DNA of 58,027 nucleotides, the filler included, from Sluysia triapertura (lineage: Eukaryota): NCBI GenBank assembly GCA_046118255.1. It is 5 parts of 5 records of this genome, joined end to end, with 100 filler letters (N's around TTAATTAATTAA, not from the genome) between each part and the next. Parts side by side here need not be neighbours in the genome. Positions count along the whole stretch, not along the records: positions 11,157 to 21,963 come from JBJNIA010193227.1; positions 22,064 to 34,995 come from JBJNIA010071615.1; 3 more parts are not named here. One strand, written 5' to 3'. Below, one piece after another: positions 12,616 through 26,386 of the stretch (position 1 is the first letter of the stretch; each line of letters begins with the position of its first letter). A model generated the notes under the pieces. That model was not told the DNA's origin, did not search any database, and worked only from the letters and a program-made list of their open reading frames with translations. A program made the translations under genes and the position numbers.

Positions 12616-13085
12616 ACCCGAAAATACCCTTATATATAATAAAGGCATATACGTTATTGTACGAAGAAATAAAGCCTGCCTGGTCAAACTTTGCAATGTA
12701 ATTTAATAAATAGCGTCGAAACGAATCTTCTTAACGAACATGTTTCTCATTGGATTGTATTTTCCAATGATATTAGCGCTACTTTAACTGTGGAATTTGA
12801 ATACAATCGAAACATGATTCAAAAATGGTTTTGGTGCAAATCATAAAATTCGAACAAAATTTTATTTATTGCATTATTTTCTCTATTATTATATATTACG
12901 TACAATATTTTATATTCATAAATGTTTTTCAGAAAATTGTTTTAATATTGGGAGATTTTAAAAGATAAATAAAAGTTTTTAAAGAGTTGACAAAGAAATT
13001 TGTTTTTAATAATAGAATCAGTAATTAATAATTCTATCATAATTGATACAATAGGCCAAAAGTTGTTATTGACAAGTCAATACAT

Positions 13086-13217
13086 TAAGGAATCTCCAGC
13101 AATCGGTTTAGCGTTTACCAGAAAAGCAAAATTCCATACAGGTGGAATTACTAAGGAATCCTTAACAATTAGTTTAGTGCTTATCCAAAAAGCAAAATTC
13201 CATACATGTGGAGCTAC
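13086..13217 (+). repeat. 66-bp tandem duplication (two units)
   Basis: taaggaatc...aaaagcaaaattccataca.gtgga repeated at a 66-nt offset. Confidence 0.85.
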
Positions 13218-16200
13218 CTTTGGAACTGTTCTCAGAAGTTTATTCTCTCTCATTAAGAAAAAGGATCATTGTATCTGTGTAATTTTTTATCACAAGTTTA
13301 ACATTTTAAGATAAAAAGATGAACAAAAATAATTACAACGCAAACGGATGTATTCATCGAGACCGTCATAGGGCTTTAAATTATTTTAAAATTCATTATA
13401 ATTATGTTATTGTTTGCCTTCTGTATGAGCGCATGCAATGAATTGATATTCGATAGAGCCATGATTTATAACGAATGTAAGTCTTATATCATTATGGTTG
13501 TTAATTTTTTTAATGTGTCACCAATTTTTGTAAAGTTCGTCTTATTTGTAGATAATAAAAATTTTTCATGTTATTTTTATTTAAAAGTTGTCCTTCATAA
13601 AGAAATTTTCGAGTGCCTTAAGCACCAATTTTGTCATAACCTTAGTCTTCATATAAATAAAATTTCTAATAATAATATGAGTAACAAAAGAAATAACAAT
13701 AATCTTAATTCTCTAAGAAATAAAACTAAATCCACAATAGCGATTTTACTCCTTAGACTTATCTTAAATTCATATTTAGTAATTCTTTTAAACCCCTATT
13801 TAATTAGGAGGAAATCTATTTTTGAAATTAATAAAAGATAAATGGCCAAAAGGCTTTAATTTAAAATTTACAATATTTTTATTTCTTTTGTAATTATCTA
13901 ATAATTCTTTTTCTTTTCATATTAAATTTTTAAAATAATTGTTTTATTTTGATTAATTTAAGATTAATATTAGAAGTTTGATATATATATAAATAATTTA
14001 GTGTTGAAATAAGCCACAGGAGCTTGACAAATTAAGAAGTTTTTTGTATTCAATAGTGTCAATTTTAGTTACAGATGTACGTCATAAGTCGTATATTGTA
14101 ACCGCACTCTGCCACAATTTATTTTGACTCGGTTAAGAGTTAAGAAAACCACAGCACGCTTTATGTAAATAAGGATATATTTTATACTTTTGTATATTTA
14201 GGTTTACAACATTAGAATGTCACCATAAACAATGCATTTTCCCGTACCATCGAGAAATATCAATTGCAGCCCTATTTTCATTTTCGTTGTTTTTACTTTT
14301 CCCGTGTGTTGCCCAACAATTTCTATAAAAAGACCTTTCGACAAGCGCATAAGTTCTTTTTTAATGAATTACCAATACCTACAAGTAGTAATGCATCAAA
14401 TGGTGCTGTAAATGTAGTTGAAACCTCGCCAATTCAATGCTAATCAAGAAGTACGTTAATGTGAGCATATCAAAGCCTAAACCCAATTTCCCACCTAACC
14501 TTACCATATCCCAAAAGCGCAATCGTCATTGATGACAATTAAAACATTACTATAAGTCACAAGTAATATTTTTGAAAGAAAAAGTAAGATTTTTCAAAAT
14601 GACATAAATAGTAAATAATAATCGCAACAGTTCGTTTCTCTCTACATTTTTAAATAGGATACAAAAATAACAAATAATCATAACATTGTAAGCTGCGGAG
14701 AAATAAGACTATTAAAGTCAATTCGGGATTCAACGATTATTCAAGAGGTCGACTATATTTTTGACTATATTTAGCTCAAATAGACAGTCATTAATAAAAT
14801 AGACGGAGATATTAATTTGTAACAAAAACCGATTCGTAATTAAGATATAATTTAAACTTTGTAAAGTTATTTGCACTAGTTTAATATATTTGCTATAAAA
14901 TCTAATCAAATTTAATATTAAATTTATTAGACTAGGTCCCATCAAATAAATCGTCATTGGAAAGGTTATATTAAATTTTAATCACCTTGTGTACCTACTT
15001 ATATACTTGTCTTTAATTGAATTTTGATAATTTGTGACTATATTAAAGTTTTACTATCACTCGTTTCATCATAATAAATATTATTTATTTATTGGAATTT
15101 TTCTAAAAGAAATAATTTTAAATTATTGTAAAATGAAAGAAAAACTTATCAGGTTTTAATTATTATCAATGTTCTAAATATTGTTTTTGATTTTCAGATG
15201 TAAAAGTGTGATGAAACGATTTTCAGACTTATTTCAGCAGCTCTTACCGTGGTCCTGTTCATCACGAATAGACTCCCAAAAATTGCACTTACACCCACGT
15301 TCATTCATCTCACGCCAGAGTTTTATGCCGAGTAATGGTCGTCCGGAACCACTTATCGTCCGTGACATGACATCGTGTTCTACGGTGTTTTTAGACAATT
15401 TCGTTAGTCGAATTACTGTTCTGATCGCAATTCTGTTATATATTGATTTAAAAGTGACGCCTGAACTAATATGTATTACGTCTTCCTTTTATATTCTTAA
15501 AATTAATAAAATATTCTTCTGTTATTTGTATTTGCATATCTGTAATAACAATTGTAACAATAAATTTTTTACGTGCCTTAAGCACCAATTTCATAATTAC
15601 AATTACGTGGATGACGATAACTTTTATAATGAACTTAATATTAGAGATAAATTTAATAATAATTATAAAAATTCATCTACAATAAGTGTCACAGTATACT
15701 TTCGTGGGATTATTGATTCATTTAGGCTCAAGGAAACATTAACAGAGAACTGATATAAGCCATTTAAAGAATCAATTAGCTAAATGAAGATAAATACCAC
15801 CTAGGTGAGGAGTAAAAGAAATTAAGGCCTCATAGGGATAGAAATAAAAAAGAAATCATTTAGGTAATCTCTCAGCAAAGAATAAATCGTATACTGTAGG
15901 TGAACCCACCACAAAATTTATTTTGTGAAATAAACTAGATAAAGAAAAATCTTGCACATAAAGTTGTTAACATCAATATATTTTTTGATCAAATTTTTTG
16001 ACCAAAATATAAAATTGTAAATTATAACAAAATTCTTAAAAATGTGAATTAGCAAAATTTTAAACAATTTTTATTGTTCTCGAATAATTTTCAAAGTTTT
16101 TTAACAGATTTCTAATTAATGAAAACTATAAAGTTTTAGATTAGTTTTAAGGTGACATTATTTTTGAATTATAATTTTGTAAAAAATCTAAAATTACAAA

Positions 16201-17379
16201 ACAAAATTAATAAAATTATATATTATTAAATAAAAGTACTTAATTAGTAAAAGTAGAGTACTTATTTGTTTAATAAGAATTATAAAACTCTATGTGAAAT
16301 TAGAATATAAAATTATATGCAATAATTAAAATATATAATTCCGTTTTTGAAAAGAAATCTATAACTAAAATCTATGAAATGATTATTGAATATTAAATAT
16401 GGAATTTATTATATAATTTATAAAATTATGAAATTATTTTATTATATTTTATAATTATTGCGGAATTAAATTTATAGTATAATAAATTAATATTGGAATT
16501 ATTGAATTTGGAATTACTGAAATAAATATTATTGGAATTTATTATGCAATAGCATATAATGACAAACAGTCTGCGTTATTATTAGGTTCATATTGAAGTA
16601 CCGAAACTTTCAACAATTAAAGTTATTGGAAATTTGTAACAATTTCTCACCGAAGCTATCGAAGACTATTGTTGGGTTTATTGAATTAAAACTTTGAATT
16701 ATATTGGATTTAATTGCAAAGTTAAACGTAGAAAGAGATTTCAACTAAGATAACATTTAAAGGAAAAATTATTATTTAAAATCACCATTAAATTACGTGT
16801 GGTATTCTTACTTTTGTTCACGTATTTTTATATAGTTTTGTGGTTAATAAAACTTTTGTTTTAACTAAGTCCTTTTTTCTTCTAAGCCTAAAAAAGGAGA
16901 AAATTCGAAATTTTAAATTCTACATCAGAGACGAATATTGTGACAATTCTAATTTTATAAAAAGTCAGTAGTAAATAACAAAGTAAAAGTTAAACGTAGA
17001 ATTGAAATTAAAGTTCAAATTCTAAGATGTAAAGTTAAAATAACATTTTAAGTGATATATTTTAAATAGTGTTTTTAAGTGACTTTGTTATATTTGAACT
17101 TTCAGATACATCTCAAGAATCTAGATGGCCTAAATATAAGACAACAAAATGAATTTTATAATTTTATTTTATTTGATGGCAATACCTCGAACTCTTACGA
17201 ATGCATCAAGTAAACATAAATTAAATATAAATATTTAAGGTAATTTTCTATCTTAATTTAATGTTAAAATGATTTGTTTAAACACTTTTGATTACTTAAA
17301 ATTAAGTGTGATCTTTTAATTGAAGTGGACTAAATTAATTAAAATATTTACGTGCTTGTGTTGAAAAAGTTGAATTGAA

Positions 17380-17860
17380 GAGCGTTTGTGTTCATGATAT
17401 TATTTTTGTAATTTGCGTAATGACAAAAGGTAATGAAATATTTGTTAATGTTGTTACTGGTGCTATGGAAGATTGTGTGTGCTTATATTATCATTTTTGA
17501 TAATTATTTAATATTAAGCGTTTTGAGTAATTGTTGCATATATATAATTACTGAACAAAGATAGTTAAAGAGCTTCTTATTGTTTTATTAATATGATTTA
17601 ATGCGAACATTGTAAGTGAAGGATTTAAAACCATAAGATAATTTAGTGGAGTATAAAAAATGTGAAAAAACATGATTACAAATTTGTCAAATTACGTTAT
17701 AATTCGAAATGATGAAGATTGAGGATTTGTTATAGCTTTTGAAGAAACTGCATGGTGTAAAAATGACAAAATTTTGTGTTAAGAGTTGAGTCACCACACA
17801 ATCCTTGTTTATAACAATGAATACAAATTATTTGATTATAAAGATTATTTAAAATAAATC
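17380..17860 (+). pseudogene. Decayed ORF-X paralog fragment
   Basis: CVHDII, CCYWCYGRLCVL and SHHTILVYNNEYKLFDYKDYLK versus CLHDDV, CCPNCVWRLCLV and HEHQVTLYLINFKSGVEYTQYVR. Confidence 0.6.
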
Positions 17861-18439
17861 CTAAAACTTTCGCGTAATTTTATTACGACGATATCAAGAA
17901 TACACATATTTTGCTTTTGTTACAGATTATTTCTATTTTGTAGTCCCACAAGCAAATTATATACAATAAATTAACAAATAATTAATCATATGAAGGAAAC
18001 AATTTTCAAAATTATGACGTTAATCATAATATACATCAAATTAACACTATCAAGTATTAAAACATCATATAGAAGTTCCGTTGAAGAAATTTCAAGTAAT
18101 GTATAAGTTACATACGTCTTATTATTTACATTTTTATTTCAGAATTTATAGTCATTAAATTACTAAACCAAGATAGGTGGTGTTGTTTAGAGAAAAATAT
18201 ATCTCGGGTGCTGAATTTGAAAATACATCACTACTCAAACGCGTAAAATTCGATTAAATAATGTCAAACTTTGTATGGTATAAAAATATCCTATTTAGCA
18301 TCAAAACAACAATGAAAGTAATTTCATTATATGTTTTAGTACAGTTAATTATTTTTCTTGCGTAAAACGATTTTTATGATTTACAATGAGCAAAATCATT
18401 TATTAAAAAATGAACCATTTATTGTTTATATATATAATC

Positions 18440-20520
18440 AAAGTTACTTATTGCAGTTGTCAACTCCTCATTTTTACATCAAAATCACAAACACATTTGA
18501 TAACAAATGAACATTTCTCACACAAACAAAGTACTCGATTCATTCAAAACATAAATGCAGTCATTGTGTATATGTTTATGTTTATTGTTATCATAATTTA
18601 TCACGAAAATAATTATCACAATAATTTTATATTACTGTAATTCTATCAACATTATCACATTAAACTGCATAATAATTCTATTATAATTTCAATCTCATAA
18701 TTGTTATTATTATAATTTTATTGTCAAAATTACTTTCTTTTCACTCTCTTCTTGTTTGTATGCATGTCTGTATGTAAAAAATGTATGTATGTGATTAAAA
18801 TATTCGATCCTAAAATGAGTGATGATGATAATACACCAATGATATCAAATGTTGTTAATGCAAAGCTGTTCCAAAAAATCGCTAAAGGATACTGAAAAGT
18901 ATATAAAACAATCATACAATAAAGTAAATCTATAAACAAAAGTTTCATGTGTAGTTTCATGTATTCAAAATGAATTAAAATTATTAAAATGATTAGTCTT
19001 ATTTGAGGTCAGATGTTATACTGTGTATTTGCATTTAAGCTGTTTGAATTGTTATTAAGTTACGAACAGGGAAACAAAATCATTCAAATATAAATACAGT
19101 AAAGATGTTAACAATTGTTAAATGTTACTAATGTTCCTAATGAATCTAACAAGGAAAATTTTCTGTTATGTAATTTTCTGTTAGATGATGAAAGTGTTTA
19201 TTTTATTATTATATAAATAAAGAAACTAATGCTAATTCAAATAAAACTCTATCAATGGAAGTCTCTAGTGAAATACATATACCAAATGTAATTAAAGGAA
19301 TTCGAAAATTCCACTTGAATTTAAAAAAGCTAATATACTCTGTAGTACTGAAGTACAAGGTCAATTAGAAACAATAAATTAGGAACTTAAAGGTGACAAA
19401 TGTAAGCATGCAATAGAATTAAAAGAAAATATTACTCGTAATATACCAAATTGTTCTGAATTAGAAAAACTGCAGATGAATCTAATTTAATTGAATCCAC
19501 AGCTCAAGACCTATCATTCGTCGATAAATCTCAAAACTATTTGTTAATTGCTGAAGCAAATAATCAAAAGTTAGAAAATGCAGAAATCCAAAAACAAGAA
19601 CAAAGTACGACAATTGTAGTGGTAACGATATAGCAGTTCGAGACAATGAAATTGTAATTGTTGAAGAATTAAATTGGGATGCCCACTTTTAATACGAATA
19701 AATCTGAATTAGAAAATTGTTATGGACAAAAAATCAATTTATTAAATTATAATGTATAAGGTAATTTTGCTGATGTTTTAATTTTTCTGTTTACATGTGC
19801 TTACCATTTGCATAAATATCGTAAAATTTCTGTCAGCTTCAAGTGGCGAATATTTTCTAAAATATTATATATGAAGATAATTTATGTGATTACAAAAGCT
19901 ACAATTACCTTTTTTGAACGAAGCTCTCGTAGCAAAAGACTTGAATATATTATTATCAATACTATTCATGGCAAATGTTTGTATTTATACATCAGTACGT
20001 GTATATATATTTGTTTATTTTATGCCTTTCTTTTTATTTAATAAAATTGTTCGTAAATTATTCAATTTGTTTGTTTTAAAGTTTTAATTGTTATAAAAGG
20101 CTTGGCGCCTTAAGTTTTAATAAGTTTGTTTACTTAATTATTTCTGAATATAAAATTTTAAAGTAAAAACCCAATTTTAATGAAATTTATAAACTTTAAA
20201 GTTTTTCGTAATTCTAACAATTTTACGCCCTCACCAAATCAACCATTTCCGATAAATATATAAATTTTTGACCAAATTCCCTTTGAAGGTTTACAGCATC
20301 TACAGCTATAAATATTCTTTCCAATTCATTTAATTATGTTGTCTTGATTAATAAATTGTACAGCATAAGGTTTTTGAAAAATCTGTCTGCAAATACTGAT
20401 GGCAATGACAAAACACGACCTCTTTGTTTTTTGATGAAAATATATTAATCTCTGAACCTGGACGTCTTTTTGTTTTCATTCTTTTTCCAATCCCAGTTCA
20501 CTATGTTTATAACTACTATA
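18440..20520 (+). repeat. 3' internal region of a large Gypsy-like element; inverted homolog at ~39000-41750
   Basis: Collinear matches: 18440-18800 with rc 41380-41740 (atgaacatttct, tcattcaaaa..agtcattgt); 20035-20120 with rc 39545-39645 (atttaataaaattgtt..aaaaggc..cgcct). Confidence 0.72.
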
Positions 20521-21162
20521 TTAACATTTACTAAAAACGTATTTAAATTTCTCCATGATTAATAAATTTGGTTTAATTTTTTTATAATTTTACTTCTTAT
20601 TTGATTTTATTTCAAAATTCATGCTTTAAAACACGAGATTTTTTCAGATTATACTGGATAATAAATTTAAACAAAGCTTAACCTAATATACGACGAATAT
20701 CCTTAATGTTTTATAGTAATAATAAATATCAAAAATATAAATTAAAATTATATCGAATATTATACCTTATCTAATCGAATCACTTATAAACACTTAATCT
20801 GATGTATAAAAATTTTAAAATAAATGCTTCAATTTTATTCGGCAATGTTCATTTATTTATATATCATTCCAATGTTGTTCCATACTGATTTAAATTAATC
20901 AAAACGAATAAAAAATGCAATCAAATAACCCAAAAAAGAATATTATAATGTGATAAATATTTTTACTTATTGTTATAATTGCTCGGACTAATTTTATTAA
21001 AAATATTGATATTTTATTATGAAATTGTAGTAGATTATCGGTTTATAAAACTAATGATAGTAGCCTTAATAATTACAATTTTGATTAATAATAAACGTGA
21101 ATGTATGTTGTTGTATATATTTATATTTGTTAACGTTTTATTTCTTATATTCTATCTCTCTT

Positions 21163-21198
21163 AAATTTGGGGACAAATTTTTATAATCGGGGAAGTGA
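21163..21198 (+). promoter_or_regulatory. Gypsy 3' internal end and polypurine tract
   Basis: AAATTTGGGGACAAATTTTT..CGGGGAAGTGA directly precedes TGTTAGG, a typical Ty3/Gypsy PPT-LTR junction. Confidence 0.7.
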
Positions 21199-21963
21199 TG
21201 TTAGGTTTCCATCAGAACCCTCTAAAACTATGTAAAATGTCATTAAAAACTTTAGCATCATTTAAAAAATATTTTAAAGCTTCCAAATTTTAAAAAATAT
21301 TTATTTTCCAAAAAAGAAAACAAAATCTCGAAAAAAGAAAATACGCTTGTACAAATAGAATAGAAGCTTCTAGAATGTTCTAGACATTTCATCTATTCTT
21401 ATTGGTTGATGACTGGTATATAAACTAGCATCAGTTCAATTACAAATACAATTTCATTATCACAATTTCGTTTTTACCAATTTTATGTAAAGAAATTAAT
21501 TAACACAAGTGCATCACTACAATTTCATTGTAACAACATAGTTTTTACAAATTTTGTGTGAACACATTATCATTATCTCAATCTCAATTGGCATAATTGA
21601 ATTTTTTTAATTTTAATCGCTTCACCGTTTATTGACGTGGTTTCATCGACGCAGTCTCCTTTTCAAATTGTGTGAAGACGGTTTATTCTCTCAATTTGAT
21701 TTCGGACTGTTTCAAAGGACTAATTGCAATCACTTTATTAGTCATTTGGTCAGGTTTATTATTATAAGAAGGTTTCAATCTAAAAAATTAAAGCATAAAA
21801 TACACTTAAATTAAATTAAGAAATTTTCAAAAACCCCGATCTACTGAGGGGAACGTTTATAAATTAAAATAGCATACATTAAAAATCAAAGATCTCTCAG
21901 ATTTTGATTTAAAATTAGTAGATATTTTAATAACTTGATCTGGTAAGTGATCTTTTCTCTGTT
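21199..21963 (+). mobile_element. 3' LTR (truncated by gap) with HSE-CCAAT-TATA promoter
   Basis: Starts TG after the PPT. HSE aGAAg-cTTCt-aGAAt-gTTCt at 21362-21381, ATTGG at 21401, TATATAAA at 21417, and a ~70-bp direct repeat at 21447-21570. Confidence 0.62.
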
Positions 21964-24900
21964 NNNNNNNNNNNNNNNNNNNNNNNNNNNNNNNNNNNNN
22001 NNNNNNNTTAATTAATTAANNNNNNNNNNNNNNNNNNNNNNNNNNNNNNNNNNNNNNNNNNNNAATTAAACATAATAATTAAACTACAGCGACTATTTAT
22101 AATTTAATGACTTACTTTATTGCATTAAATCTCCTTTTTAATTAAATATATTCATTAGATTTCCAAAAATAACAAAATATTATATTTAAATTATTGATAT
22201 ATTTAATCTTTACAAAATTGATTGTTAGAATATTTATTTAATCAAAATGTGTGTGTACATATGCATAATTAATATTGATTTGATTTGTATATTGTTTCAT
22301 TGTGTTATTGTATGTTTTTACATAGCAATAATAATGAATTATCTAATTACACATATTTACGATGCTAATAATAATAATAATAGCAGCAATTTAATTACCA
22401 TCATTCCATTTCATTCTGGAAAATTGAAATATTATATATACATTACAGTTTAAAATATTTATTACTTATAATTTAAAATATTTAAAATTAAAATATTACA
22501 AATATTACTTATAGTTTAAAATTACAGTTTTAGAATTTAAGATATTAAAATTTACGTACATTACAGTTTAAAATATTTATTACTTATAATTATAGTTTAC
22601 AGTTTATTTTACATATATTAAAGTTTATAGTTTACAGTATAAAATCTCTATGTGAATTAAGTAATAACAATTTATGGAAGTGATTATAAAATTTCACAAA
22701 ATCTTTTTACAAGTACTTTTACTACATTATAGTACTATATAAAAAGGAAAAGTTAAATTTGACACCTATTATTTCTCTACAATGTACAGACATATTTACT
22801 TAATCTTTGACAACTATTTAGCCTAATTATACTAGTTTTACTGGTTCCTAATTAAAAATGAAATATCAACGAGCAGATAAATTTATTTGATTGTTTTAAG
22901 TACGATTAATCATCATGATCGTGTAAATCATATTTGAAAACAAATATAGTAGTTCTCCACACACTTGCAGAAGTCATTTCATTGAATTCGCTAGCTCGAA
23001 TTATGTATTTTCCAAATAATGTTAATATATGGCCACTTTCTCTTAGAAATTCAGAAAGCCTAACGCGCTGAACAGATTTAAAATGAACGATAAAAACCAA
23101 TGTAATATTAATATTACCAGTACCTTGGGTTCAGATGTTCTTATGCTAAATACTGATGTTAATTTAGATCAAAGTGATAACGATATTAATAAAGATATTT
23201 TAGAATTATTTTTTACAATTACAGTTTTAACTAATTGTTTTCTAAATTCAAATAGTACTAAAGTTAAAATATGTGTTTTTAAATATGAGATAATCAAGTT
23301 CTACATGAAATTAAAATATTATCGAAAGTTAGGCGTCTACTTTTTGCTCGGTGTTACCGAACATTGATCGAAAAAACATTAGAATATCCATTTTATATTC
23401 AGTTTATGAAAGTAATATTACATTTCTAAGTATTTTTTCTACTTTCGTATTTATAAAATTTTACATTGTTGAAAGATTTATAAATTTTGTCGAAGTTTCT
23501 TGTAAAAGATACAAATACGCCTTTCATTTTAAAAGTTGTAAAGTTTTGAAACCTAATGTGATATTTGTACTAACAAAAGACCTTAAGTCTTATTGTGATT
23601 CATTTTGGTCCATTACAAAATTAAAAATTAAGAGGCTTGAGCTCATTTTGACGTTTCAAATTAGTTAAAGGCTTTAGGCCAAGAGAATGTTATTTCATTA
23701 GTCGTAAAGATATTAAAATGATCAAATTGTATGTGAGTATTCATTTTTCATTGTAGTGGCCAACTAAATGTTTTATTTCCAAAAAAAATTCACAACAAAA
23801 TCACCTTTCACAATTCATAATATTTCCAAACATAAAATTACATACCATCAAATTTACATTTAATACCGAAAATCATCAAAGATTTACTTAAAAAATTAAT
23901 TCTAAACATTGCAAACTTAATTCAACATACTTCATATAAAATCACATTCCATAACATTCTAACTATTAACCATTAAAACCTTTTTTATATTTTATTTCTT
24001 CAGATCCACTTAAACCATTTTCCATACTTCAAAACCTTTAAATTAATAATCAGTCAACATTCAATCTCTAATATCACCGAAAACATTAAATTAACACTTT
24101 GAAACCATTTTAGATAGTTTAATCAAAATAACATTCTCTAAACACTCTAGCATCGATCATCTTTATCAAACATTATCTTAACAGCTGTTTCTATAATTTA
24201 CACCTTTAACCACCAATACATTTAAAAATTTACTTAAAACAATTTTATCCTTTATCTCATAACACTAAAATCACAATCACATCCTAAATCACAAACAGAC
24301 ACCTTCAAATCAATCCAGAATATTTCAAGCTCATAATCTTTCAACAAACATTCTTTAACATTCTAAGTCAAGATCATATAATGAAACTAAATAGAAACTA
24401 AAAAGGGAAAAGAATTTTATTTATGTTAAGAAAGTAGATTAATTTTAAAAGAAAGTTTATGCATTAAAAATTATCACAAATATTCTACATAATTTTATTA
24501 TCATTATTATTAAAATTATTGTTTCTGTCATTATTTTGCCACTATTTTCAATTACATTTTATCTATACACTTTGCCATCACTCGACAGGAATCTAATTAA
24601 ATTAATTTAATCTTTCGTATTAACTGTCGATTGATGACAGTTTATAAGTTGATGTTGCCGTTATTTTTGCTTGTCACCATTTAATTATCTTAACTCTTTA
24701 GTAGTATGGTGATAAGCATGCATTTATGTAATCATGTTTGTGTTTTATGACAATTGATTAGATGTCCAATCAAATACATCTCATCTCTGCAATCTATCTA
24801 TTGGGATTGGACATCCAATCAGGGTAATCCACCTTTTTAATAATAGAATACTACTTTATCATTACAAAAAAGTTAGTTGCTGACAAGTGATTCATAATAG

Positions 24901-26386
24901 GCAATAACGAAGTGATAATTGTTTTACTCCAGATGTCTACGATAACAGAAAACATGTCAAACATTAGTAGATTCTTCTTATTTGAACCGCAATATGTGTT
25001 AATTTATGTTAATGAAATCTGTGATGAAAGTGCACTAAAGTTTTAGAATGTAATTCAATTCGATGGTTTAGATTCCTTAAGAAGCTTTATGAACATAATC
25101 ATTGCCATAATCGCATAAATAAAAATTAACTGGGTTGCTGCCATCATCAGCAGTGACATTTTAAATTGCATTTATAAGTTGTCATCACAGTGTGGTTTAT
25201 TCATCTGTTGTTTTTACTATTTATTTCGTGTGTTTCTATTGGCCGTCCAACCAGAGCTAGCATTACTGTTTTTATCATCTCAACACCTCTGGTTGGACGA
25301 CCAATCAAGAATTGCTAACTAGCAGTAAAAAATTATTAGTCAATATTAAACTCAAAAATTTTTGTGTCATGTTAATAATAATAAAGTGTAATTAAAACTT
25401 CAATCTAAAAAGTTTTAATAAAGTTGAATAATATGATTTGTAAATTTAATACAAAATATAAATTAAATTTTAATCTTAATCTAAAAGTTATTAATCTTCT
25501 TCATGGACCCCATCAATACATTTTTATTTCACGAGTTTGAATCCAAACTTAAAAAGAATCTACATAATAACATTAGACCGAAAATTCTTTTTGACAATTT
25601 TTTATTAAAGGTAATTTTTAACTATATTGCTATCAAATTAATTTATGTTGACTATTTTTATTTCAGAATTCGCAAACTGACGTTGCCGATAGCATGCCTA
25701 TAAACTGACCGAGATATTGGATATAAGCAACAATGTTTTGTTACAAATTTAAATATAATATTCAATTATATCTCAAATAAATTTATGTCATCTTTTTGTC
25801 ATTTTCTTTTGTTATTTAGTCATAAATTTTGGTTTAAAGATTCAATTAAACTTATAATTTTTAATAAAAATTTTAGAATAAATTCTAAATTTCTAATTGT
25901 TAAAGTAATAAATAATTTAAAGACTAATAACACAACATTCATAACCATTATATATCCAAATTCATTAGCGTCTAGTTTTGATCAGTAGATGCTTTTGAAT
26001 GCTTATGTCCTCGTCTTTGTGTTTGTTTTTTAATTTGAAATTTTTATCCTTTTTTCTGAGTGCTTTTTGGTGTTTAAGAATATATAATTGATATGATTTT
26101 TTAATACTATAAATTGCAATATAGTTTTCGCTCTTTTATATTTTAAAAGTGTTTAAAATGTTTGAATATTTTAAAATTAAAATTAATGTTTTAAGATGAT
26201 GAACAAAATATCTAACTTCTAAATGAGAAAACATTTTCTTATCAATTTTCTACATATTTTTATAAATTACTTGATTAAGTGAAAATTAACTAAAACTAAA
26301 ATATTAAACTAAATAATCCCGGCCTCAACTTTTGTATTATAAAAACAAAATGAAAGCATTTTGGATTATTTTTTATTTCTTCATTA

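Noticed and set aside
14730-14957. Most 60-100 aa I/F/L/Y/N/K-rich ORFs in the track
   Set aside because: Their composition matches chance ORFs in AT-rich DNA or antisense shadows of real exons and pol frames.
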